Source: Acidobacteriota bacterium
GTDB taxonomy: Bacteria; Acidobacteriota; UBA6911; JACQSX01
DNA length: 64,000 nt
NCBI GenBank assembly: GCA_036507075.1
Contig: DASXQR010000010.1
Span: forward strand, 1 to 64,000
Reading direction: 5' to 3'
In this document: piece after piece, positions 20,395 through 29,201 of the stretch
Layout of the letters: each line of letters starts with the position of its first letter
Position numbering within the stretch: position 1 is the first letter of the stretch
Notes under the pieces: model-generated
The model's input: only the letters and a program-made list of their open reading frames with translations
What the model was told of the DNA's origin: nothing
The model's database searches: none
Position numbers and translations under genes: made by a program

Positions 20395-20518
20395 ACGAGT
20401 TACGGGCTGGCAGGTTGCGGGTTATCGGGTTACGGTTTGTCGTGTTCCGGGTTGTGAGTTGAACTGGCTTGGTGCCTTGGTGGTAAGAATTGGTGAACCA
20501 CCAAGGCACCAAGCCAAT
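20395..20518. repeat. GCGGGTT-type heptamer arm followed by CACCAAG-type hairpin
   Basis: ACGAGTT ACGGGCT GGCAGGTT GCGGGTT... resembles 48713-48973; TGGCTTGGTGCCTTGGTGG...CCACCAAGGCACCAAGCCA. Confidence 0.65.
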
Positions 20519-20552
20519 CATTTTGGTATTGTCATTTAGTTCGATGACCATG

Positions 20553-20604
20553 AAAAGAAAAAGCGCGCGCTGAGGCGGGTGGCTAGCGCCCCCGTACTCA
20601 GCGC
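20553..20604 (-). terminator. Probable intrinsic terminator downstream of mazF
   Basis: Minus strand GCGCTGAG...CTCAGCGC stem followed by GCGCTTTTTCTTTTC. Confidence 0.45.
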
Positions 20605-20672
20605 CATACCGGACCGTCGTCAGGGTCCACGAAGTCACCGCAGTCGACGTTCGATCTCCATCGCCTGCGGGG

Positions 20673-21023
20673 TTAGGCGGCTGTTGCCGATATGAGGGTG
20701 CCCAGTTTTTGCAGTACCTCGATAGTGGGGCGTCGCGGCAGCTTGCAAATGAATTTCGCCTGTCTTGCTCTCCAATCGAGGCTTTTCACTTGGTCAGAGA
20801 GAATAGCTCCTTTCACTTTCAGTCCATCGGGAATGACCGCTTCAAAAGGGTAACCCTTGACCTGACTCGTGACTGGACAAACAATTGCAAGACCGACTTT
20901 AGCATTGTAATTGACGGGTGATACCACGAGCGCGGGGCGACGGCCTGCCTGTTCATGACCAGCCTGCGGGTCCAGCGAGATCCAAATCAAATCGCCACGC
21001 TCAGGGACGTACCTCCGTGCCAT
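20673..21023 (-). CDS. mazF: MazF/PemK endoribonuclease toxin
   Basis: YVPERGDLIW, PQAGHEQAGRRPALVVS, DQVKSLDWRAR; TAATG coupling to mazE. Confidence 0.95.
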   Translation of the reverse strand: MARRYVPERGDLIWISLDPQAGHEQAGRRPALVVSPVNYNAKVGLAIVCPVTSQVKGYPFEAVIPDGLKVKGAILSDQVKSLDWRARQAKFICKLPRRPTIEVLQKLGTLISATAA

Positions 21024-21265
21024 TACCACAACTCCCGGCCAACAGCCTGACCAAAATCCACTTCCTTATGAGTGTTATTCTTGGTGACACCGGCCAGCAA
21101 TTGCTCCAGTGTAAATGGCCTGTTCAAAACGGGTGCCGCCACAAGTTTCCCATCAGACAAAGAAAGATCCACCTCGGTGCCTTGATCGACATGAGCTTCT
21201 TCTGCGAATGGTTTGGGTATACGGAGGGCCAAGCTGTTGCCCCATTTCTGCACTTTTACACGCAC
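21023..21265 (-). CDS. mazE: AbrB/MazE antitoxin
   Basis: VQKWGNSLALRIPK, TLEQLLAGVT, VGRELW; AGGAGG RBS. Confidence 0.95.
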   Translation of the reverse strand: MRVKVQKWGNSLALRIPKPFAEEAHVDQGTEVDLSLSDGKLVAAPVLNRPFTLEQLLAGVTKNNTHKEVDFGQAVGRELW

Positions 21266-21274
21266 TTTGCCTCC

Positions 21275-21317
21275 TGTATATACAATGAAGATACATCAGG
21301 CGTGTAGAAAATGTCAA
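21275..21317 (-). promoter_or_regulatory. mazEF promoter/operator
   Basis: TTGACA-N18-TATCTT on minus strand next to palindrome TGTATATACA just before the RBS. Confidence 0.6.
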
Positions 21318-21469
21318 AAAGTTATTCGCATCCCAGGAGAACCACATGACCCATGTGCGCGTGCCTCCTAGCTCTCCCCGGCGTACTTTCTTTGGAGCAC
21401 GGTGGAGCTCTCGTTGTGAAATTAAGCCAGTCTGACCCCGGATTTGGACAGCAAAAACAAACTCCCCTG

Positions 21470-21795
21470 ATTGGCCGTCGCGTGCGTAGGCCATACCGAG
21501 GGCCTCGTGCGCTTCCGCCAGCAGTGGGTCCAATTGAATCGCCTTCTCAGCCGCCGCTCGCATTTTCAACAATTCATCGGCGGGATGTTCTACAGCGAAC
21601 TGGACGGATCGATAGGCGTAAACTGATGCAAGACCCGCGTAGGCGGGCGCAAATGAAGAATCTTTGGCGATCACTTGCTCAAAACGCCCGATACTTTCGT
21701 CCAAGCGGAGTCCTGAACCCGGTAGAGCACGGGCGCGAAGGTAGAGATCGTAGGCTTCAAGGCTGGTTTCGTAACGCCGGCGGCCGCCGCCGCTG
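21470..21795 (-). pseudogene. Internal fragment of a TolB-like/TPR regulator
   Basis: RRRYETSLEAYDLYLRAR...FAPAYAGLA...AIQLDPLLAEAHEALG; no start or end. Confidence 0.75.
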
Positions 21796-22262
21796 CCTAT
21801 GGCGAGGGGGGGATTTTCAAAAGCTCGGACGGCGGAACCAATTGGAGTGCCGTAACCTCGTCAGGCTTGACTGGCAGTCTCTTTGAACGCCCTCCCCTGG
21901 CCATCGACCCGCAAAATCCAAGTCGTCTATATTTAGGAACCCAGGGTAGCGGACTCTTTGAAATTACTTTTGCTGCGCCCGAAACACCGATCCTTACACT
22001 GAATTCGTCAGCATATTGCATCGGAGCATCCTGGGATTTGAGAGTGACTAATGCAGCTCGCGAAACGCCAATACGCCTGTTAGGCACTTCCAACGACCAA
22101 GCCTGGGAGATTGGAGACTGGGGCAGAACCGACGCCAATGGCAACTTCAGTGTAGCAGGGACATTTCCCGAAGCGAGTGAGGGAAGCTACACGCTGCGTG
22201 TTGAAATTGGCGGAGTGTTGTCAAACGCCATCTCTTTTGTGATCTCGAACTGTAAACCATGA
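21796..22262 (+). pseudogene. C-terminal fragment of BNR/YCF48-like beta-propeller protein
   Basis: IFKSSDGGTNW upstream of the listed ORF, then LAIDPQNPSRLYLGT; 5' part missing. Confidence 0.7.
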
Positions 22263-23282
22263 GTGGAGACTGACATGATAAATCTAAAAAATTATCATTC
22301 TGTGTTTGGCTTGTTGATCTTGTTGGCCATGAGCGCTGGGTTTGGTTTTGGTGCAAAGTGGCAGAACTTATACCTTGCGAATTGGGTTGTCAGCGCGGGA
22401 CTCACCAGTCCCGATGTTCGCGCGCTGGCGATTAACCCCGTCAACCCGGCTACAGTCTACGCAGCGGGTGGCAGCGGTGTGTTCAAAAGTACTGATGGCG
22501 GCGCAACATGGCGCAGCATCGGCCTGCCCCGCCTCGATAACACTGTAGCTCTGGTGATTGATCCTGCCAGCCCGGACACACTCTATGCTGCAATTGATGA
22601 GCCAAACTTTTGCTCCTATTCCGATCGTCGCTTGTTCAAGAGCATTGACGGCGGCGCGAACTGGAACAATAACATCAGTCCTGGCATTAATGGATGTGAC
22701 AATATCCATTCGTTGGTGATGGATCCCAGGGATTCAAAAAATCTCTATGTAGCCAACTACGATGACTTTATAGAAGATACCTGGTCGCCGTTAGTGAAGA
22801 GCACCAACGGTGGCGCATCCTGGAGCTATCTTCTCGGCCCTCCCTTCGCTGTCCTGGCAATTGAGCCAGTCAACCCGAACACTCTTTATCCTGGGACTTT
22901 TGAGTTGCCCTATTATGGATACGATGGCTGGGATTACAGAAATGGAGTGTTAAAGAGCACCGATGGCGGCGCACACTGGAGCACAACGGGCCTCACGAAT
23001 ACTGGTGTCAATGTGGTGGCGATTGATCCACTCAATCCCGGCATTCTCTATGCAACGACTTGCACCTTTCGCAGTTATCCAAGTCACCCGGCGTTTTTCG
23101 AGGCCTGTTCAAGAGTACCGACAGCGGGGCAAGCTGGTTTGAAATCAACAACGGTCTGGCCGACCTCGTCAACACCGCCTCAAGCATTGCCGCCCTGGTG
23201 GTTGACCCAGACAATCATGTTTCCACCAGCACAAGCATTGTGGAACCCCTGCCGGGATTCTACTTCACGGATGATTGCGTAA
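22263..23282 (+). pseudogene. BNR/YCF48-like repeat protein, frameshifted near 23090 and truncated
   Basis: Repeated FKSTDGG..W motifs continue in another frame (GLFKSTDSGASW, ORF 23060..23323). Confidence 0.75.
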
Positions 23283-23321
23283 CCCGGGGCGACGCGCAAA
23301 AAACGCGCTCTGCCCCGGGCT
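23282..23321. repeat. REP-like palindrome
   Basis: CCCGGGGC GACGCGC AAAAAA CGCGC TCT GCCCCGGG. Confidence 0.5.
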
Positions 23322-23476
23322 AAATCTGTTTGACCGCTCCGCGGTCCGGTGACACTAGGATCGCTAAAGCCGCCTATCAGATTACAATTTCACCTGCTGA
23401 CGATCAAAAAATGCTCCAAACTCCAGGGAGTAGTGGGGAAAGGGATTTCCTTGTTAATGAATGGAGATCCTCGTCA

Positions 23477-24680
23477 ATGAAGCGTCTCCAACTCACGAAA
23501 TCGTTGCTGGCGGTTCTCTTACTCGCAGGAACAACGCTGCTGGCCCAATCACCTACGGGAACTATCGACGGGACCGTCACCGATCCGAGTGGCGCGGTCA
23601 TCACCGCGGCGCGGGTCACGATCTTAAATACTGATACCGGCCTGAGCCGCACCTATATCACTGAAGCGAACGGTATCTACGGCGCGGCGGCTCTTCCCGT
23701 GGGACGCTACGAGGTTCAGGCGGAAGCGAAGGGCTTCAGCACGATGATGCGGCAAGTTGTTGTTGAAGCCGGCTCGACTACCACCGTCGACCTTTCCCTT
23801 CACGTTGGTGAGATAACCGGACAGATCACCACTGTTGCAGCGGCTTCACCTCAAATTCAACATGACTTCCATCAGGTCAGCGGCGTGGTCACCCGAAATC
23901 AGATCGATTCTCTCCCTCTCAATGGCCGCAGCTTTTTCGAGCTGGGCAAGCTCGAACCCGGCGTGCAGCCGCCGTCCCGTTCCGGCGACAACTGGACCCT
24001 TGTGTCGGTACGGGGGGCGCCCGTCGTAGGAGGCATTCCGGGGCGCTTCACCCGCGTCACCGTTGATGGCGGCAGCATTATGGCGGTTAACCAAGGCGGC
24101 GCGGCGATGGGCTTCTCTCAGGAAGTGGTGCAGGAGTTCCAAATCGCTACCGTCAACTTATATCTCTACCGGTATCACTGGAAGCGGATCAATCAACATT
24201 GTCAGCCGTTCAGGGACCAACGACTGGCACGGCGCGGGGTTCTTCTTTTTCCGTGACCACAACCTCGCAGCTTATCCGGGGCTCGCCCGAGACCCGTTTA
24301 ATCCTGATCCCTTCTTTCAGCGCAGGCAGTTTGGCGCATCGACTGGCGCCCCGATTCGAAAAGATCGGGTCTTTGTGTTCGGCAACTATGAGCGAAGCGA
24401 GCAGCGCAGCGTGCGGGGCACTCAGCAGCTCACGCCCGAGTTCGCGCCGCTGAGCCGGATCACGTCGAGCCCGTTTTTCGAGAGTCAGTCCAGCCTTCGC
24501 TTCGATTTCCGCCTGACGGATAACCACTACCTGTTTTTGCGCCACTCTCATGATGGTGTGTGGCAGTTCGGGTCGGGAGTAGGAAATCAGACGGCTTATC
24601 CCTCTAATTGGCCGCGGTTGACGGCATGGGCCGACCAGAGCCTGATGGGTATCACTTCGACATTGCGCCCCACTTTGGCT
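23477..24680 (+). pseudogene. TonB-dependent receptor 5' part, frameshifted near 24160 and truncated
   Basis: GTIDGTVTDPSGAV, LPLNGRSF, VVQEFQI, then TGSGSINIVSRSGTNDWHG in another frame; only ~400 codons versus 1149 aa for the intact paralogue. Confidence 0.85.
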
Positions 24681-24688
24681 TGCGGACT

Positions 24689-24779
24689 TTAATCGAATAA
24701 ACCCTCGACGTAGGCTTCCGGCGAAAAGAGCATCAGGTCCTCAATTCCTTCACCCACTCCGATGTACGTAGATCGGCAA
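24689..24779 (-). pseudogene. ftsY: 3' end fragment of SRP receptor FtsY
   Basis: Translates LPIY/(1-nt shift)/YIGVGEGIEDLMLFSPEAYVEGLFD*, matching the conserved FtsY C-terminal IGVGE..EDL..F motif. Confidence 0.72.
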
Positions 24780-24887
24780 AAGAGTATGGACGGTCATTCG
24801 TACCTTCGACGTGGACCATTTGAAGCGCATGGTGGATATCACCCGATTTCCATCCGTAGCTGATCGTCCTCATAGCTGGACACACAA

Positions 24888-25382
24888 TCACTCGAGCCGC
24901 TCCGCGCGCAAAGCCGAAATGTATGCGACAAGCAGCACGACCAGCACAACCGCCATCAGGCTGTGACTCAGAAAGACATGCAAGACAAGCGGGAATGTAA
25001 TCGCCCGCCCCCTTGCGGCAAAATCTGCGATATGAATATAGGTGGCTCCCAGAAAGAAAATCGACCAGCTAACCGCCGGCGCAATCAAGTACAACCCCCG
25101 GAGCCAGATGGCGAGAATGGCAGCCACTGCCATCGAGCCATGGGCGAGGCCCGCAAATTGCTGAAAGGGATTGTCAGCCGACACGCGCCACCCGTGTGAG
25201 GCCGCAAACCGGTCCGGAGCTGCAAGGCTGTAGACTGCCGCCACAAGCATCACAACGCCGAAGTAACCGACCAGTGGATACACGAGAAGAAGCTCCGCGA
25301 ACCGCCGCCTTGTACGCGGACCGGTCTTAAAAGCGTGAACCCAGCCCGCTGCGAGAAAGCCCACAAACAGAAGCAAGAACAT
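24888..25382 (-). CDS. Membrane protein, DUF6790-like (cassette gene)
   Basis: Four to five hydrophobic segments, GW...NPFQ motif; follows attC 25481-25538. Confidence 0.65.
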   Translation of the reverse strand: MFLLLFVGFLAAGWVHAFKTGPRTRRRFAELLLVYPLVGYFGVVMLVAAVYSLAAPDRFAASHGWRVSADNPFQQFAGLAHGSMAVAAILAIWLRGLYLIAPAVSWSIFFLGATYIHIADFAARGRAITFPLVLHVFLSHSLMAVVLVVLLVAYISALRAERLE

Positions 25383-25480
25383 GATCTGAACCGCGCACCA
25401 GAGACTTTGGGTCGGTCGCCTCCCCCATCTGCGAGACGGCCCACAATGAACTCCCCTGGCCTCGGTCTCCTGTGATTGCG

Positions 25481-25538
25481 GCCGAACGGACAGGCATCAG
25501 CGGCGGAAGTTGCCGTCCGCTGTATGCCGTCGTTAGGC
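25481..25538 (-). other. attC site (58 bp)
   Basis: + strand GCCGAAC..GGCATCAGCGG..CCGCTGTATGCC..GTTAGGC. Confidence 0.85.
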
Positions 25539-25541
25539 CCT

Positions 25542-26004
25542 TTAGTTAACTGGTAATGCCGGAGAAAGTCCGACACTTTTCAGCCAATCCACGGTCTTTT
25601 GTGTGACGACTCGCTCGTTTTTGACGAAAAAATGAGCCTGAAAAGGAGAACTGCCGGGTATGGAGGGAATGACCAAAACATCAACCCTCGGAGAATCCAC
25701 CGCGTTTCCTTTGATCTCGGCCACGATCGTTTCCCGTTTAGTCAGGCCGCCCTTTCCCTGGATGTTATCCGCAGGATCATAAACGATCAGCAGCGGGACC
25801 TTGATCTGCCTTATCCGTCTCTGCGAACTTCGGGTCTCTTTCCATTCTTCGCGCTGCGTAGTACCATCCCCCCAAGCCCGGAATGGCGAAGACAAAAAGG
25901 GATCAAAAGATATAAGACCATGCGGGGCGGGGAAGAAGCGAGATCACAACCGCTCCCATAACGGAGAAGGTGATGAGAAGGATGTACAGATCACGACGTT
26001 TCAT
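25542..26004 (-). pseudogene. Decayed secreted alpha/beta-hydrolase-like cassette gene
   Basis: ATG at 26004 with signal-like N-terminus and early stop; C-terminal IKVPLLIVY...AHFF...VDWL. Confidence 0.55.
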
Positions 26005-26043
26005 TAAACTTTTAGGTTCCTGCATCGCTTCTCAAACCACGCT

Positions 26044-26146
26044 GCCTAACGAAGTTGCGCGTCAGCCGTGAGGAACCGCACGCATACCCGTGCGAGCCGA
26101 CACGTATTTGATGCGATTTCTCATCGACTGCACGCGCCGGTTTCGA
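26044..26146 (-). other. attC site (degenerate R'')
   Basis: GCCTAAC..GCGCGTCAGCCGTGAG ... CTCATCGACTGCACGCGCCG GTTTCGA. Confidence 0.7.
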
Positions 26147-26300
26147 GCATCGGGCGGATTGTCTCGGCTAGCGCTATCCACGGATTCATTGGCTGGACCG
26201 CGAATCCATCCTCGACCACCGATATGACGGACAGCACAGCCTGCGCAAAACCCCAGGCCAATGTCCGCCTGACATCTAGATTGAGCTGAGACGCGAAGCA
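26147..26300 (-). pseudogene. C-terminal remnant of APH(6)/hydroxyurea-kinase family gene
   Basis: LDVRRTLAWGFAQAVLSVISVVEDG resembles the family's terminal W.FAQAVLS..W..EDG helix. Confidence 0.55.
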
Positions 26301-26305
26301 TTGAC

Positions 26306-26395
26306 GCCTAACGTCCGGCATCAGCGGAGACGCCCGAGAGATGCTTCGAGTAAAGAACACCGGCGCTGGCGCGTCGGCTGTATGCCGGGTTAAGC
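26306..26395 (-). other. attC site (90 bp)
   Basis: GCCTAAC GTCCGGCATCAGC ... GCGTCGGCTGTATGCCGG GTTAAGC. Confidence 0.85.
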
Positions 26396-26483
26396 AGCGC
26401 TTGGGTTAGAGGCGCCGTGGCACGAGCCAGTACTCTGGCCGGCGGCGCTGATGCGCAATTGCTACGACAACAATTTCGGTCTC

Positions 26484-26614
26484 TGTTAACGAATAAACGA
26501 TACTGAACGGAAACCAGCATCACAAACCGGCGGGCACCGGCGCTGGTTTTTGGGAACAGTTCCGTGCCACACACTGCAGAACCGCGCGCGACAACAATCC
26601 TTAATTCGTTAGGC
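26484..26614 (-). other. attC site, long atypical type (131 bp)
   Basis: TGTTAACGAATAA ... TTAATTCGTTAGGC; toxin stop codon lies in the R'' box. Confidence 0.7.
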
Positions 26615-26908
26615 GTCTCGTCTCCTTCTCTTCCAACTGCGCGGGTCCCGAGCACAATGATAAAGGCCATACACGACTAATTCATTCCTCTCTATTTCAT
26701 AGAAAACTTCATACGGAAACCGTCGGACCAGAGACCGTCGCATATGTCGGTGAACCATCGGGTATGCCTGGGGATATCGTTCAATACCCGCGATGCAGGT
26801 ATCAACACAACGCAGGAATTCATCACCAAGTCCTCGGCCTCTCCGGTCGTACCAGTCGACGGCTCGGTCGAGGTCCTTTTCAGCCTCAGGTGTAAGTCGC
26901 GCCTTCAC
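26609..26908 (-). CDS. RelE/ParE family toxin
   Basis: LTPEAEKDL...WY, LGDEF, RRFPY..FY, HCARDP. Confidence 0.9.
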   Translation of the reverse strand: MKARLTPEAEKDLDRAVDWYDRRGRGLGDEFLRCVDTCIAGIERYPQAYPMVHRHMRRSLVRRFPYEVFYEIERNELVVYGLYHCARDPRSWKRRRRDA

Positions 26909-27123
26909 CTTCGGCGTTCAAGCCGCGCACGCACTTCTGACCAGGGCTTTGCTGCAGATGGGTCACGGCGATGTGCCCGCTTGCGTCGATCCAGTTCTTT
27001 GCGCTGAGCTGCAGTTACAGGAATTAACTCGGGTTCGGCCAATATGCTGTCCCAAATCTCTTCAATCAACTGAATCCGCTCAGAAACGCTCAATGCCAGG
27101 ATGTCCTTGACCGATACACTCAT
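26905..27123 (-). CDS. Addiction module antitoxin (TIGR02574-like)
   Basis: LSVSERIQLIEEIWDSI...ELDRR...PWSEVRARL; overlaps toxin start. Confidence 0.88.
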   Translation of the reverse strand: MSVSVKDILALSVSERIQLIEEIWDSILAEPELIPVTAAQRKELDRRKRAHRRDPSAAKPWSEVRARLERRR

Positions 27124-27175
27124 ATCGCCATTGTCCATCAGGAAACAAGATTCGACAAGCACGCTCTCTCGGTGC

Positions 27176-27263
27176 GCCTAACGCTTGGCATCAGCCGCGC
27201 GCCCCATTCAATGTTGCGATCCAATGCACCGGCGGTGGCGCGTCGGCATGCCGTTGGTCAGGC
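27176..27263 (-). other. attC site (88 bp)
   Basis: GCCTAAC..GGCATCAGCCGCGCGCC ... GGCGCGTCGGCATGCC..GTCAGGC. Confidence 0.8.
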
Positions 27264-27343
27264 CTTTTTTTCCACCAAGCGTCCCGAGACATACTTGTGC
27301 AGAAGGCTAGCGACAATGCCGCTCCCTGGAAAGGAGATACTGT

Positions 27344-27735
27344 ATGACACCGTTACGGCAACGGATGATTGAGGATATGCAGTGCATCGACAACGACCAG
27401 GTCACCTTTCGTTATCGCGATAATCGCTGCCAACAGATGCGCTCAGTCAAGCTGCCGGCTGTCGAGTTTATTGGCCGCTTCCTGCAGCATGTACTGCCGC
27501 GCGGTTGTGCCAAGGTGCGCTACTACGGAATCTGCAGTCCTTCCTGCCGCAAGCAACTGGATCAGGCGCGCACTCTGCTAACGGTACCCATCGACCACTC
27601 CCAGTCCACTCCCATCGCGCCCTCCCCCGAGCCACCCGGAACCGCTCCACCGCTGTCCCCATTGCCACATCGGACAGTTCATCATCATCGAGATGATCCG
27701 TCCGCAACGTATCTACCCTCCATGACATCGCCATT
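27344..27735 (+). mobile_element. Collapsed tyrosine-recombinase + IS91-family transposase element
   Basis: MTPLRQRMIEDMQ (recombinase N-terminus) fused in frame to VTFRYRD...[20 protein letters not shown] (IS91 Y2 transposase C-terminus). Confidence 0.82.
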
Positions 27736-27769
27736 GAACCCATGCGCTCTATCCTGTTGGGTCTGCCAT

Positions 27770-27951
27770 CCTGGGCCGCCATGCGAGTGAAGTACTCGAT
27801 AAATGCTTCTTTTCCGTCAGCCACTGCTGGGTTGTGTTGAATGTAGACGCGCCCGACGTACTTCTCGATCGCCTCTGCAGGCTTCGGACTGGTTAAATAT
27901 CAAGTCATAGAAGGCTTGCACGGCCTTTTTGTTTTGATCGAGGCTCCGCAT
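27770..27951 (-). pseudogene. SnoaL/NTF2-like gene 5' part, frameshifted and truncated
   Basis: [15 protein letters not shown] ... [16 protein letters not shown] in different frames. Confidence 0.7.
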
Positions 27952-27989
27952 TGAGATTCTCCCAGATCCAGAGGGTGGCTCGTTAGGCG

Positions 27990-28074
27990 GCCTAACGGCA
28001 GGCATCAGCCGCGCGTCAGGAACTGTAGCAATCCAAGGAAACCGCGGTGGCGCGTCGGCATGCCGGGGTTAGCC
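27990..28074 (-). other. attC site (85 bp)
   Basis: GCCTAAC..GGCATCAGCCGCGCG ... CGCGTCGGCATGCCGGG GTTAGCC. Confidence 0.85.
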
Positions 28075-28086
28075 TGCGTCGCCGAT

Positions 28087-28398
28087 TTATTCTCCTTGCC
28101 GCCACTTTGCGAAGTCACGAGCTCCGTGCACGAAAGCTAAGATCCGCACTTCGGTAGATGTAACTTCATAGATTAGTCGATAGCGCTGGATAAAAAGTTC
28201 ACGAGTGTCGGAATTTCCAATTTCGGGAACCACCCTACCGCGTTCGCTGAAAGACGCTAGAGTAGCCGCCGTTGCCAGAGTCTGATCGAGAAACTGCTCG
28301 GCAGCGATGGGAGAGTTCTGGGAGATATAACTGAGTACTTCGTCAAGCGCCGAGCGTGCCTCTCTTGACCAGATTACTTGGCGCTGCCGACTATCCAT
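28087..28398 (-). CDS. RelE/ParE family toxin
   Basis: VIWSREARSAL..YI, GRVVPE, RELFIQRYRLIY, VHGARD. Confidence 0.9.
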   Translation of the reverse strand: MDSRQRQVIWSREARSALDEVLSYISQNSPIAAEQFLDQTLATAATLASFSERGRVVPEIGNSDTRELFIQRYRLIYEVTSTEVRILAFVHGARDFAKWRQGE

Positions 28399-28610
28399 TT
28401 CTTGCGCAGCTCTTCGACTACCTGCTCGTGTGGGATCGTGCGGCCGGCAGCTACGTCCTCTTGGCCCCGGTTCACAGCTTGAATTACATAGAGGTGGTAC
28501 AAAACGTCGTCTATGCTGCAGTCGTCAGGGAGTCGGTCCAGCAGGGCCTTGACAGTCTGTTTCGTTCGCAAGTTGTCCTCCGGTTCGTTCAAGTCGTTGG
28601 AGCTTATCAA
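28374..28610 (-). CDS. Putative antitoxin (start uncertain)
   Basis: LLDRLPDDCSIDDVLYHLYV...G.EDVAAGRTIPHEQV; overlaps toxin. Confidence 0.82.
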   Translation of the reverse strand: MISSNDLNEPEDNLRTKQTVKALLDRLPDDCSIDDVLYHLYVIQAVNRGQEDVAAGRTIPHEQVVEELRKKWIVGSAK

Positions 28611-28654
28611 AATTATGACCCCATTATAAGCACTCGACCATGATCGCCCAAGCA

Positions 28655-28715
28655 GGCTAACGATTCTGGGTTTGAGCCGCGCGTTCTTTACGTCGGTTCC
28701 AAACCCGTGTTAACC
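28655..28715 (-). other. attC site (61 bp)
   Basis: GGCTAAC..GGGTTTGAGCCG ... CGGTTCCAAACCC GT GTTAACC. Confidence 0.8.
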
Positions 28716-28749
28716 CGTCCAAGTCCACATTTCTGACCAGTACTGCATC

Positions 28750-29085
28750 TCACCCGCTGAACTCCGAAGCAGAGAGATAGGCTTCAGCAGTTTGTGACGC
28801 ATGACGACGCACTCGATCAACCACGTCCGCGAGGCCCATCATGCCGCCGAGAACAAGATAGATATGCTCGTGATCCAACAGGAGAAGCGGGGTTCTTTCA
28901 CCTGACGCCTCTTGTCGAGCTACCGCAGAGTATCCGGATATCGAAACCATGACGCCCATAGTATTGTCTGCTTTGGTGGTGACCTTTTTGTGGAATGTGT
29001 CAATATCGGTGGCGGCCGCTTGTTTCGCCGTGAACATCCATTCGATCAAATAAGTAGTACCGGACACAGTGAGAGAACCATCTAT
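28750..29085 (-). pseudogene. C-terminal half of Mrr-like restriction endonuclease
   Basis: QIDG...YLIEW.F, F..KV, GVMVSISGYS..A, LLLLD; N-terminus absent. Confidence 0.7.
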
Positions 29086-29201
29086 CTGCGTTCCATTATG
29101 CACATAGGGTTTTCTGTTCGAATTTCGGAGAAATCGAGCAGATTACATTGATTTCACAATCCCGAATTGTGACAGGCATCTATCATCCTATCCCATGGAC
29201 C

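Noticed and set aside
20585..20640. Guanidine-II-like riboswitch (ACGA/ACGG loops on minus strand)
   Set aside because: Second hairpin pairs poorly and no suitable gene follows; a terminator explains the region better.
24780..24887. Group II intron 5' end (GTGTG after TT on minus strand) replacing the last attC
   Set aside because: Only a 5-mer; no recognisable intron domains or reverse transcriptase.
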